Assembly (NCBI GenBank): GCA_045106235.1
Contig: JBGCEJ010000013.1
Span: 70,179 to 134,178, forward strand
Direction of reading: 5' to 3'
DNA from: Myxococcota bacterium
Lineage (GTDB): Bacteria > Myxococcota_A > UBA9160 > UBA4427
DNA: 64,000 nucleotides
How positions within the stretch are numbered: the stretch's first letter is position 1; each line of letters begins with the position of its first letter. Below, piece after piece: positions 18,210 through 27,585 of this stretch. The translations under genes and the position numbers were made by a program. The notes beneath the pieces are model-generated. The model worked only from the letters and a program-made list of their open reading frames with translations. It did no database searches and had not been told where the DNA came from.

Positions 18210-18785
18210 TTAGCCGCGGCGCGCGATTTCTGCGTCGACGAGCGCGGCCAGCTCCTCATCGCTCGCGGCGTCGGCCTCGCCCGGCGACGGGGCCGGGGTG
18301 GCCGCGACCGGAGCCGCAGCTTGAGGCGACGCGCCGCCTCCGCCCACGATGTTCCGAAGCACAACGAAGGCGAATCCCCCGAGCGCGAGGAAACCCACGA
18401 CGGGAAATACGTAGGCCCAGAGGGTGATGCCTTTCGCGGGCGGAGCTCCGAGGATCTCCTCGCCGAAGCGCTCAATGAGAATCTCGATGACCTCTTCCTG
18501 CGTCGCGCCGGCCGCCTCTTGCGTCACGATCCACTGCACGAGTTCCGCGGCCTGCGGGCTCGGGCAGGAGGAGAGCGTTCGCCCCGGACAGAAGGGGCTC
18601 ATCAGCTCGCCGCCAAGGTCGTAGCCCCAGCCTTCGGCGAAAGTCGCCCCCGCAAAAAAAACGATGCCGACGATCAAGCCGAGCATCAGGCTCGCGCGGG
18701 CCCTGGCGGGGGGCGGGGCGGGGGCGCAGGTCGGGGCGGAGGCGAATAAAGAGGCGGGGTTCGGCATGGCGTTCATAGGTCCCAC
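18210..18785 (-). CDS. CcmH/NrfF-family-like protein with a variant Cys motif
   Basis: A TM/signal segment, then SPFCPGRTLSSCPSPQAAELVQWI...GATQEEVIEILIERFGEEILGAPP...ITLWAYVFPVVGFLALGG. This follows the CcmH domain layout, but with C-x7-C instead of CPxC. Confidence 0.5.
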   Translation of the reverse strand: MGPMNAMPNPASLFASAPTCAPAPPPARARASLMLGLIVGIVFFAGATFAEGWGYDLGGELMSPFCPGRTLSSCPSPQAAELVQWIVTQEAAGATQEEVIEILIERFGEEILGAPPAKGITLWAYVFPVVGFLALGGFAFVVLRNIVGGGGASPQAAAPVAATPAPSPGEADAASDEELAALVDAEIARRG

Positions 18786-19732
18786 TCTAGCTGGTCGGAA
18801 TCCGCGAGGTCTCCGCCGCTCACGGGTCCTTTGAAACTCTGCTTCGGCGCTTCGGCCATCACCCGCGAACCGGCGGGGACGCTGCGCGTGAGCCAGACGT
18901 TGCCGCCGATGATGCTGCCTTCGCCGATCACGGTCTCGCCGCCGAGAATCGTCGAGCCTGCATAGACGGTCACGTCGTCCTCGAGGGTCGGGTGACGCTT
19001 CTTGCCGCGGAGGGCCGCGGCGTCCCGGAGCGAGGCCGCACCGATCGTGACGCCCTGATAGATCCGGACGCGGTCGCCGATGATCGCGGTTTCGCCGACG
19101 ACGATGCCCGTGCCGTGATCGATGAAGAATCGCTGACCGATCTGGGCACCGGGATGAATATCGATGCCGGTGCGGTCATGGGCGTATTCGCTCATTACGC
19201 GCGGCAGCAGCGAAACGCCACAATCGTAGAGCTCATGCGCGATCCGGTGGATCGCCAGCGCCTGAATCGAGGGATAAGCGACCACGATTTCGTCGTAGCC
19301 CTTCGCCGCCGGATCTCCGGCATAGGCCGCCTCGACGTCGAGGGAAATCATCTGACGCAGGTCCACGAGGCGCCGCACGAAATGCGTCGTAATTTCGCCC
19401 GCACTCGCTTCCTCGGGGATCTCCACCTGAAGCAGGAGTTCGTGCAGACCTTCCGCAACGACGGGCACCTCAGAGCGCAGCTCCGCAGGGTCGACGCGGA
19501 AGCGCAGCAGTCGCGCGGCACGGTCGAGCCAAACGATGACCTCGTTGGGATCTAGAATGCCCCCGCAGACCGTCTCGGAAAGCACGGTCTCCTCGCATCC
19601 CGCGAGCCCTTCTACCGCCTCCTCCAGCACATCCGCCGGGCAGACAAAGGCCTCGCTTCGGTTCGTATTGCGCTGAGCAGGAACCTCGTCCGTTGTCCCT
19701 TGGGTTTTCGCCATCGCAGAGCTTGCCACCAT
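18773..19732 (-). CDS. cysE: serine O-acetyltransferase (long form)
   Basis: Left-handed beta-helix hexapeptide repeats: GIDIHPGAQIGQRFFIDHGTGIVVGETAIIGDRVRIYQGVTIG...HPTLEDDVTVYAGSTILGG. Confidence 0.85.
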   Translation of the reverse strand: MVASSAMAKTQGTTDEVPAQRNTNRSEAFVCPADVLEEAVEGLAGCEETVLSETVCGGILDPNEVIVWLDRAARLLRFRVDPAELRSEVPVVAEGLHELLLQVEIPEEASAGEITTHFVRRLVDLRQMISLDVEAAYAGDPAAKGYDEIVVAYPSIQALAIHRIAHELYDCGVSLLPRVMSEYAHDRTGIDIHPGAQIGQRFFIDHGTGIVVGETAIIGDRVRIYQGVTIGAASLRDAAALRGKKRHPTLEDDVTVYAGSTILGGETVIGEGSIIGGNVWLTRSVPAGSRVMAEAPKQSFKGPVSGGDLADSDQLEWDL

Positions 19733-19963
19733 CGGCCTCCTCAGACCGCGCAGGTCCGTTCATTCCGGGTGCGTCGGGAGAGGATGCCCCACATCACGCT
19801 CCGTGACACATCGAGCTTGAGATCTCTGCCTCGCCCCCCAAGAAAGACGGCGCAGGCCCAAGGCAACGGCGGCGCGGAGTCCCTATCTTCCCGGAGTATG
19901 GAGCGGCCCCGCCCGCCTCGCGCGTCCAACGAAACCCAGCTTCGCTGAAGAGGAGACATCGCC

Positions 19964-20932
19964 TTGGGCACGATCTACAGCCACTCGCGCCTCTCCAGCT
20001 TCGAGAACTGTCCCAAACAGTTCGAGTATCGCTATATCCAGAAAATCCCGAGCGAGTCGGAAGGGATCGAGGCCTTCGTCGGCAAGCGCGTCCATGAAAT
20101 CCTCGAGCGGCTCTACATCTTCGTCGGCAACGGACAGATTCCCGGAATCGAGAAGGTCGTCGATCGCTACCACAAGCTCTGGGAAGAGACCTACGACGCC
20201 GAGCGCGTCCGCATTATTCGTGAAGGCACGCCGCTCTCGTTCTATCGCAAGCTCGGCGAAGACTGCCTGCGTGGCTACTACCTCCGCCACTACCCCTTCG
20301 ACGAGAGCGAAACCCTCGGGATTGAGAAGCGCGTCCTCTTCCCCCTCGACGAAGCCGGCGAGTACCAGATGCAGGGGATCATCGACCGCATCTCCCGCGC
20401 CCGGGACGGCACGATCGAAGTCCATGACTACAAGACCAGCGCCCGTGTCCCCGCGCAGCGCATCCTCGACCAAGACCGCCAGCTCGCCCTCTACCAGATC
20501 GGCCTCTCCCGCAAATTTGGAGAAGACACGCCCTTCCGGCTGGTCTGGCATTACGTCGCCAAGAACGTGACCCGCGTCTCCACGCGAACTCCCGAGCAAC
20601 TCCAAAAGCTCCGCGAAGACACGATCGGGCGAATCGACGAGATTCAAACCGCCACGGATTTCAAGGCCAAGAAGATCTCCCTCTGCCCGTGGTGTGAATA
20701 CAAGAGCATCTGCCCGCTCTGGAACAAGGACGCCGCGGCCGAAACATCGGACACGCCCGCGGCAGCCGCCCAACCCGCCGAGCCGCCCGCGGCTCCTGTG
20801 GAAGCCTCCGCCCCGGCGAAGGCGCCGGCTGAGGCCACAGCTGCGGACGCGAGCGCGGCTCAAAGCGAGACGCCGAAGGAAGCCGCGGACGAAGCGCCGA
20901 ACGAGCGGACCGTCCAACTCGACTTGATCTAG
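19964..20932 (+). CDS. PD-(D/E)XK nuclease with Cas4/AddB-like Cys cluster
   Basis: YSHSRLSSFENCPKQFEYRYI at the N-terminus (Cys16). GIIDRI...EVHDYK is the nuclease core. C-x2-C-x5-C (CPWCEYKSICP), then an Ala/Pro/Glu-rich tail. TTG start. Confidence 0.75.
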   Translation: MGTIYSHSRLSSFENCPKQFEYRYIQKIPSESEGIEAFVGKRVHEILERLYIFVGNGQIPGIEKVVDRYHKLWEETYDAERVRIIREGTPLSFYRKLGEDCLRGYYLRHYPFDESETLGIEKRVLFPLDEAGEYQMQGIIDRISRARDGTIEVHDYKTSARVPAQRILDQDRQLALYQIGLSRKFGEDTPFRLVWHYVAKNVTRVSTRTPEQLQKLREDTIGRIDEIQTATDFKAKKISLCPWCEYKSICPLWNKDAAAETSDTPAAAAQPAEPPAAPVEASAPAKAPAEATAADASAAQSETPKEAADEAPNERTVQLDLI

Positions 20933-20980
20933 GCCCCAAGTCGCGGGAATCCAGGCGAAGGCCTTTGCTAGGATTTCGGC

Positions 20981-21739
20981 ATGGGACTTCAAATCGAGCG
21001 TATTCCGACTTTCGGTGACAACTACACCTATCTCGCGATTTGCGACGAGACCAAGGCCGCGGCCATCATCGATGCACCCGAACATGAGCCCGTGATCGCT
21101 CGCGTCGATGCCACTGGAGCCGACGTGAAGATGGTTCTTTCCACGCATCACCATATGGACCATTCCAACGCGAACCCGGTCCTGGGCGAACGCTATGACG
21201 TGCCGGTCTACGGCCATGCCTCCGACGCCAAGCGCATGCCGGGCATGACCAAAAGCGTCGACGAAGGCAGCGAAATTCAAGTCGGCAACCAAATGGCCCG
21301 CGTACTCTTCATCCCCTCCCACACCACCGGCCACGTCGCTTATTACTTCGAAGAAGCCGGCGTCGTCTTCACCGGAGACATGCTCTTCGCTGCAGGCTGC
21401 GGACGTCTCTTCGAGGGCGATGCGCAAATGATGTACGACGCGCTCTGCGTGAAGCTCGCCGCTCTGCCCGACTCAACCCTCGTCTACTGCGGACATGAGT
21501 ACACCGAAGGCAACCTAAAATTCGCGCTCACCGTCGAGCCGGACAATCCCGAGATCGTAGAGCGCTACCGCCAGGTGAGGGAGATGCGCGCGCGGGCCGC
21601 CGCGGATTGGCACGACGCGACCGCGATCGAAATGACGATCCCGTCGACGATCGGCGCCGAGAAAGCGACCAATCCTTTCATGCGCGCGCCGGATGCCGGG
21701 GAGCTCGGCCGCATCCGCGTACTCAAAGACAATTTTTAG
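20981..21739 (+). CDS. gloB: hydroxyacylglutathione hydrolase (glyoxalase II)
   Basis: FGDNYTYL, STHHHMDHSNAN (HxHxDH), PSHTTGHVAYY, CGHEYT and NPFMR. Confidence 0.9.
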   Translation: MGLQIERIPTFGDNYTYLAICDETKAAAIIDAPEHEPVIARVDATGADVKMVLSTHHHMDHSNANPVLGERYDVPVYGHASDAKRMPGMTKSVDEGSEIQVGNQMARVLFIPSHTTGHVAYYFEEAGVVFTGDMLFAAGCGRLFEGDAQMMYDALCVKLAALPDSTLVYCGHEYTEGNLKFALTVEPDNPEIVERYRQVREMRARAAADWHDATAIEMTIPSTIGAEKATNPFMRAPDAGELGRIRVLKDNF

Positions 21740-21752
21740 TCGCGGCGCCGCT

Positions 21753-22229
21753 ATGTCGAGCTTCGATCCGAGCCGAAACGAAATCCCCGCGCCCCTTCAA
21801 AAGTGGCTGCCCGAAAACGCAGTCACGATCACCTATCGCCACCGCGTCGGTTTTTTCGAAACAGACGGCATGGGCATCGTCCACCACTCCAACTACCTCC
21901 GCTTCTGCGAGAACGCGCGGGTCGTCTGGCTTGAGGTCCACGACCGCCCCTATTCCGAATACATGGAGATGGAGCTGCATTTCGCGGTCACACACGCCCA
22001 GCTCGACTACCGACAGAGCGCCCGCTTCGATGACGAAGTGGATGTGATCACCTGGCTGGAATGGATCAAGGGTGCATCCCTCGCCATGGCCTACGTCATC
22101 GCCTGTGGCGAAAACGTCCTGGCGACGGGACGGACCGAACATGCGACAGTCAACCTCGACGGCCGGGTGCGCCGCATTCCCAAAGAGAATCGCGCGCGCC
22201 TCGCGCGCTACGCAACGAGCGACGCCTAG
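21753..22229 (+). CDS. acyl-CoA thioesterase, 4HBT/YbgC family
   Basis: Hot-dog-fold signature RVGFFETDGMGIVHHSNYLRFCENAR. I chose the internal ATG at 21753, just after the gloB stop. Confidence 0.8.
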   Translation: MSSFDPSRNEIPAPLQKWLPENAVTITYRHRVGFFETDGMGIVHHSNYLRFCENARVVWLEVHDRPYSEYMEMELHFAVTHAQLDYRQSARFDDEVDVITWLEWIKGASLAMAYVIACGENVLATGRTEHATVNLDGRVRRIPKENRARLARYATSDA

Positions 22230-22274
22230 CATTGCCTAATATCGTCTAATATCGTCCAATATCGACAGCCGAAC

Positions 22275-22733
22275 CTATCGGCGCAGCACCTTAGCGAGAT
22301 CGCTAACCCGCAGACGCATCTCGCGCTCAAACCAGCTCGTCACCTCTTGAATCGTATCGAGGGCATCGCCCTGCCCGGACCAGTGGCTGCGCACGACGTC
22401 GGGATGAACGTGATTGAGCAGCTGCGAAAGACAGGCAGCCACGATGAATAGATCGTCGAGCATCCCGATCGGTCCGACGAGGAGCGCCGGGAGCACATCG
22501 ATCGGGGAGAGCACGTAGGCCACCCCCGCAACCGCGATCCCTTTCTGTAAGAAAGGAACCCGGCCATCCTGTAAGAGTCGCATCAGGAGAATCGTAAGAT
22601 CCGGCAAGAGGAGCAGGAGATCGCTGAAGCCCGTTCCGACCCCAGCTTCTGCGGGCACGAGGCGCTCACGCAGGCGATCGTAGAGCCGCCGCTCCTTCGG
22701 ATTGAGCTCAATCATCACACTGCCCTCACTCAA
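22275..22733 (-). CDS. DUF1232 (YkvA-like) membrane protein
   Basis: YVLSPIDVLPALLVGPIGMLDDLFIVA is the characteristic DUF1232 core. Confidence 0.7.
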   Translation of the reverse strand: MSEGSVMIELNPKERRLYDRLRERLVPAEAGVGTGFSDLLLLLPDLTILLMRLLQDGRVPFLQKGIAVAGVAYVLSPIDVLPALLVGPIGMLDDLFIVAACLSQLLNHVHPDVVRSHWSGQGDALDTIQEVTSWFEREMRLRVSDLAKVLRR

Positions 22734-24346
22734 CGTTCATCTCCAAGCGGCCGGCCGCCGCCAAGATCACGCAATGCGCGGTCCACGTCTCCGCTGTCAT
22801 TGTCGACCCCGATCCGCTTTGGGCCCGGCGGCGGCGGCGGAACCGCAGCGCGCAAAAGACCGATGATCGGCTTGCCTTCGGCGGCACCTGGAAGTCGAAG
22901 CCCCAGAAGAGAGGCGACGGTCGGCGCAAGATCGCGCAGGTCGGCGCTGGGAATCCGAACGCCGCCGCGGATCCCGCGACCCCACGCGAGGAGCCCAACC
23001 GACTGCGACCCCGAAGGTTCGTTCAAACCAAAGCCGCCGGCTGAAGCGCGCGCGCTCGCAGGACTCACGAGCGGCCCCGCCAACCGATTCCCGATCTTGA
23101 AACCGGGCTTGGCCGTCAGTCCAAACCAGGCCTGCGGATCGCCTCCAACCTCGGCGAGGGCCTTCGCCGAAATGACCTCGAAGGCGCCGGTTTTCTCCGC
23201 CTCCGCTTCAAGGACGTTCCGGGCCGCAACCGCATTCGAAGCATCCCGCGCATAGATATACGCCGACCGACCGTGAGACCGCGTCATGGCGAGCCAGCTT
23301 CGAACGCCCGTCGAAGATCGCGGATCGCGCCCAATCAAGCCTTCGGCCACCAGCGCAACATTGGGATCGACGCGTGTGTGCACCGCTCGATACGCCACAT
23401 CGCCCGCCACGAAGATCGCCGTGTCGGCGAGTTTCCCCGCCCCTTCAAGACAAGCCATCAAGCGCCCGATCTCTGCATCCACGCTCGCAAGCGCCTCGCT
23501 CTCGGCAAGGCTGCCCTCGCCGCCCTGAACCTGGGCCGTCGCGGTCTGAGAAAGGCGCATCAACCAAAGCGATGCATCCCTTTCTGATTGCAGAAGCGAG
23601 CAGGCGAGATCGACGAAGGCCGCATCCTTCTCGGTCGCGGAGGGCCACGTGCCCGGCGCTCTCTGCTTGTTCTTCACCGCCGCCTCGGCGGCTTGATCCA
23701 GCTCACGCATCAGAGAAGGCGTCGTAAAGCGACGAATCGCCTCCATCCATCCCGCGCCCGTCGCACCCGATTCCAGATCCGGAACCACCAACTCAATGCG
23801 CGCGCCCGTCGTGGTGGGCCAGCCGAGTGAAATCACGCCGCGGCCAATCGCAGCATCCCAGAGCGCTCCGCCACGGAGCATCGCGTTGTCCCAGAAAGGT
23901 TGAGCGCGCGTGCCCGAATCGTCGATCAAAGAATCCGCGATCACGCCGTGGCCGTTCGGGCCTCGTCCCGTCGCGATCGTGGCGTGCGCTGAATAAGAAG
24001 CGCCGGGCGTCGGCGTGCGAACGTCAATTCCAATCGCGCCCTCCTGGGCCAATGCCGCTAAGGCAGGCATCCGGACCGCATCCTCCGGTCCCGCGATCCC
24101 ACCCCAGGCATTCAGGAAGTCCGCGGACTCGAGTCCAGCGACCGTAATCAGCAGCACACGGCGCGGCGCTCCGGATTGCTGAAGCGCATCCGCACGGGAG
24201 GTCACCGTCGCCATCGAGCGCTGGTCACTGAGTGTCGGCGCGGCACAGCCAAGCCCCAGCAAGACGCAGAACCAGCCGAGGCCCCTCAGCAAAGCGAACC
24301 CGCCGGTCCGACTCTCTTCTGCCCTGTTCGAAATGCTCTGCGCCAA
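22730..24346 (-). CDS. secreted alkaline-phosphatase-superfamily enzyme (nucleotide pyrophosphatase/phosphodiesterase-like)
   Basis: VLLITVAGLESADF and HATIATGRGPNGHG motifs. I set the start at TTG 24346, preceded by GGAGG and a 6-nt spacer. This gives the signal peptide MAQSISNRAEESRTGGFALLRGLGWFCVLLGLGC. The 24607 track start would overlap the divergent MBL gene. Confidence 0.65.
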   Translation of the reverse strand: MAQSISNRAEESRTGGFALLRGLGWFCVLLGLGCAAPTLSDQRSMATVTSRADALQQSGAPRRVLLITVAGLESADFLNAWGGIAGPEDAVRMPALAALAQEGAIGIDVRTPTPGASYSAHATIATGRGPNGHGVIADSLIDDSGTRAQPFWDNAMLRGGALWDAAIGRGVISLGWPTTTGARIELVVPDLESGATGAGWMEAIRRFTTPSLMRELDQAAEAAVKNKQRAPGTWPSATEKDAAFVDLACSLLQSERDASLWLMRLSQTATAQVQGGEGSLAESEALASVDAEIGRLMACLEGAGKLADTAIFVAGDVAYRAVHTRVDPNVALVAEGLIGRDPRSSTGVRSWLAMTRSHGRSAYIYARDASNAVAARNVLEAEAEKTGAFEVISAKALAEVGGDPQAWFGLTAKPGFKIGNRLAGPLVSPASARASAGGFGLNEPSGSQSVGLLAWGRGIRGGVRIPSADLRDLAPTVASLLGLRLPGAAEGKPIIGLLRAAVPPPPPGPKRIGVDNDSGDVDRALRDLGGGRPLGDER

Positions 24347-24605
24347 CGTTTTCCTCCGGTGCGGCCACGGAACGGCTCGCCAACGAGCCAGACCATGACA
24401 CAGACACCGGCTCCGATCGAAACCCCCGCCCCGAGAGCCTTCGGCGATCGCCTTGGCGCCCCCTACGGCACCCGGATGCCCCGAGGGGCACTCGGAAGCA
24501 TCGAGCAATCCGCCCAAAACCGCGGCGCGGACGCTGGAAAAGATCCACACCGAGCCTGACCGGGTACTCTCTCGCGCAGACCCACTCTCAACGAGGAAGA
24601 ACTCC

Positions 24606-25304
24606 ATGGCGGCATCCAGCGACCTCTATTTCGCACAAGAAAGCGTCGGCGATATGGCCAACCTCGCATACCTGATCGGCAGTCGCAGCGAACGCAAAGC
24701 CTTCGTGGTCGATCCCGCCTGGAACGTCCAGGGACTTCTGGACAAGGCCGCCGAAGACGACATTGAAGTCGTGGGCGCGCTGATTACCCACTACCACCAG
24801 GACCATGTCGGTGGCGAGATTTTCGGCCAGTCGATCGAGGGCCTCGCGAAACTCCTCGAAGTCAGCCCCATGCCGATTCACGTGAACAAGCACGAGACCG
24901 AGGGCCTGATCAAAGTCACGGGCGTCTCCGAGAGCGACCTCGTCCAGCACGAGGGAGGCGACCTCGTTTCCGTTGGCGGCATCGGAATCCGTTGCCTCCA
25001 CACCCCAGGCCACACTCCGGGCAGCCAATGCTTCCTCGTCGAAGAAAAAGACTGCGCCGGGCATCTGGTCGCCGGTGACACCCTCTTTCTGAACGGCTGT
25101 GGCCGGGTGGATCTGCCCGGCAGCGATCCCCGCGACATGTACGAGAGTCTCGAGGCACTGAAGCGCCTCCCCGACGATACGACCCTCTACCCGGGGCACC
25201 TCTACTCCCCAGAGGGGCACGACGCGATGGGCGAGCAAAAGCGCACCAATCCCTATCTCCGCGCTGCCTCCGTCGAGATGTTCCTGTCGTTCATGGGCCA
25301 CTGA
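24606..25304 (+). CDS. MBL-fold metallo-hydrolase
   Basis: ITHYHQDHVGG (HxHxDH), HTPGHTPGS and GDTLF motifs. Internal ATG at 24606. Confidence 0.85.
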   Translation: MAASSDLYFAQESVGDMANLAYLIGSRSERKAFVVDPAWNVQGLLDKAAEDDIEVVGALITHYHQDHVGGEIFGQSIEGLAKLLEVSPMPIHVNKHETEGLIKVTGVSESDLVQHEGGDLVSVGGIGIRCLHTPGHTPGSQCFLVEEKDCAGHLVAGDTLFLNGCGRVDLPGSDPRDMYESLEALKRLPDDTTLYPGHLYSPEGHDAMGEQKRTNPYLRAASVEMFLSFMGH

Positions 25305-25475
25305 CCCTGGACGACTGACCTCGGGCTCGCCGCCAGTCGGCTCAAGCAGCGTGAAGCAGACGCCTCACGTTGAAATCGCACCCTGCGAAGGGTAGAGTCC
25401 GGGCGTTCGAAATCCCGGTGCGACCGCGTCGGGGTTCATTGCAATTCCCGCATAAGACTCGGAGGCTCGCCCCCC

Positions 25476-26258
25476 ATGAAGGTCATGGTGTGCCTGAAGC
25501 AGGTCCCCCATCAGGACGCACGTCTCGACGTGAACGCCGATGGAACCTGGATCCAGGAAGATAACATCAAGTTTGAAATCAATAGTTATGACACCTACGC
25601 CGTCGAAGAGGCTCTTCGCCTCAAAGACGCAGGCGACGCAGAAGTCGTTGTGGTGTCCATCGGTCCCGATCGTGTGACCCAGGCTCTGCGCACGGCGCTC
25701 GGCATGGGCGCGGATCGCGCCATCCACGTCAAGGACGAAGCGGCTGATGCTGCGGACGCCCTGGGCACCGCCAAGATTCTGGCGGCCATCGCAAAGGAAG
25801 AAGGCGCCGATATCGTCATGGCGGGCTTGATGTCCGACGATGGCAATGCTTCGGCCGTTCCGCCGATGCTGGCTCAGCTCCTCGACATCCCGTCTGCGAC
25901 GGGTGTGACGGCTACGGACAACTCTGGCTCCTCGATCAAGGTCGAGCGCGAACTCGAAGGCGGTGCCTACGAAGTCGTGGAACTGCCGGTTCCGTGCCTG
26001 ATGGCCATCCAGACCGGTGCGAACCAGGTCCGGTACGCCTCGCTGAAGGGCATCATGCAGGCCAAGAAGAAGCCGGTCGACGTGAAGACGTTGGCGGACC
26101 TCGGACTCGGCGATTCCGTCGGCGCGGCGCATAACAAGACGTCCACCGACAAGATCTACGTCCCGGCGAAGGGCGATACGGCTCAGATCCTCGAAGGATC
26201 GACGGACGAAATCGTTGGCCAGCTCGTGACCAAGATCAAGGAACTAGGCCTGCTCTAA
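25476..26258 (+). CDS. etfB: electron transfer flavoprotein beta subunit
   Basis: MKVMVCLKQVP... is collinear with EtfB and sits immediately upstream of etfA. Confidence 0.92.
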   Translation: MKVMVCLKQVPHQDARLDVNADGTWIQEDNIKFEINSYDTYAVEEALRLKDAGDAEVVVVSIGPDRVTQALRTALGMGADRAIHVKDEAADAADALGTAKILAAIAKEEGADIVMAGLMSDDGNASAVPPMLAQLLDIPSATGVTATDNSGSSIKVERELEGGAYEVVELPVPCLMAIQTGANQVRYASLKGIMQAKKKPVDVKTLADLGLGDSVGAAHNKTSTDKIYVPAKGDTAQILEGSTDEIVGQLVTKIKELGLL

Positions 26259-26422
26259 ATAAGATGCCGGCCCTCGAGAGCTGCCCTTCGGGCCCATCTC
26301 TCGGCGCCACGTCGACGCTTATGGAAACAAGTTGTCGACGATGTGAATAGGCTGTCGTCACTTAAGGCAAAAGTCATAGGCTTTCTTCCTAACGAGGAGG
26401 AATGCCGGAAAAGGAGATAACG

Positions 26423-27388
26423 ATGGGTACTATCCTCGTCGTTGCAGAAACGCAGAAAGGCGCGATTCGCGAAGCGAGCTACGAGCTCGTTGCCGTCGCG
26501 CGCGGACTGGCGGAAGCCGGTGGTCACGACGTCCAAGGCCTCGTGATTGGTTCGGGTGTGGGAGATCTCGCATCTGAATTCGCCAGCAAGGGTGCGGGCA
26601 AGACGCATGTCGTCGACGACGCCGCAGCCGCCAACTACAACGGAGAAATTTGGACGAAGGCCATCAAGGCCGCTGCGGAGGCGACTTCCGCTGATCTCGT
26701 TCTGATCTCGAACACGCCGGCGGGCTGGGATACTTCCCCGCGCGTGGCAGCTGCGCTCGACGCGGCGTTCGTTTCCGACATCATCAAGGCCGAGAATGGC
26801 GACGGCGGATTCAACTTCGTTCGCCGCATCTTCAACGGCAAGCTCGACGCGGAAATCTCGTCGAAGGGCCAGACGGTCGCCACGGTTCAGCCGGGTGCGG
26901 TCGCTGCCTTCGAAGGTTCGAGCGACGGCGGCACGGACGCGCTCTCGGTTGATACGTCGGCTGGTGCGAAGTTCGTGGAGATCAAGGTCGCGGAATCGAC
27001 GGGTGTCGATCTGACCAAGGCCGACGTGATCGTTTCCGGTGGCCGCGGTGTCGGCGATCCGGAGAAGTTCCCGGAAGTCATTCAGCCGCTCGCCGATGCG
27101 CTCGGTGGTGCGATGGGCGCTTCGCGACCCGTCGTCGATGCCGGCTGGCTTGACCACCCGTACCAGGTCGGTTCGTCCGGTCAGGTTGTGGCGCCGAAGC
27201 TGTACATCGCTGCCGGTATTTCCGGTGCGATCCAGCATCTTGTCGGCATGAAGGCCTCGAACTTCATCGTCGCGATCAACAAAGATCCCGACGCGCCGAT
27301 CTTCGAAGTCGCGGATATCGGCATTGTTGCCGATCTCTTCGACATCGTTCCCGCCCTCACGGAAGCTGTTGCTGCCGCCAAGGGATAG
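26423..27388 (+). CDS. etfA: electron transfer flavoprotein alpha subunit
   Basis: ILVVAE...; C-terminal FAD-binding region GGRG...RPVVDAGW...[25 protein letters not shown]. The ATG at 26423 is preceded by AAGGAG and a 6-nt spacer. Confidence 0.92.
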   Translation: MGTILVVAETQKGAIREASYELVAVARGLAEAGGHDVQGLVIGSGVGDLASEFASKGAGKTHVVDDAAAANYNGEIWTKAIKAAAEATSADLVLISNTPAGWDTSPRVAAALDAAFVSDIIKAENGDGGFNFVRRIFNGKLDAEISSKGQTVATVQPGAVAAFEGSSDGGTDALSVDTSAGAKFVEIKVAESTGVDLTKADVIVSGGRGVGDPEKFPEVIQPLADALGGAMGASRPVVDAGWLDHPYQVGSSGQVVAPKLYIAAGISGAIQHLVGMKASNFIVAINKDPDAPIFEVADIGIVADLFDIVPALTEAVAAAKG

Positions 27389-27411
27389 GTCGTCGATCAG
27401 AAAATGAAAAA

Positions 27412-27448
27412 CGGGTCCGCAGCTTCGGCTGCGGGCCCGTTTTGCTTT
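27412..27448 (+). terminator. rho-independent terminator after etfA
   Basis: 12-bp stem CGGGTCCGCAGC / GCTGCGGGCCCG (one G-U pair) with a TTCG loop, followed by TTTTGCTTT. Confidence 0.75.
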
Positions 27449-27585
27449 GGGGCAGTCCCCCTAGGCGAAATTCAGGACTAACCCTGCGAAATTCATGCGC
27501 AACATCGGACTGCCCTCCGTTTGCAGCGGAATCCTGATTCCCCAGGCTCAGGAAGGACTCCCCAACGACCGATATCTATTCCATC

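Noticed and set aside
24347-24607. N-terminal 87-codon extension of the phosphodiesterase-like ORF
   Set aside because: It overlaps the divergent MBL gene start and encodes no signal peptide. A downstream TTG has a strong Shine-Dalgarno sequence and yields a signal peptide.
25376-25423. tRNA-like element upstream of etfB. It has a GTTCGAAATCC T-loop-like sequence in a CCGGG/CCCGG hairpin, nested in a TCGCACC...GGTGCGA inverted repeat.
   Set aside because: It spans only about 48 nt. It has no D-arm or anticodon arm, the loop is 10 nt rather than 7, and the two stems compete for the same G residues. It may be a leader hairpin, but it is not a tRNA.
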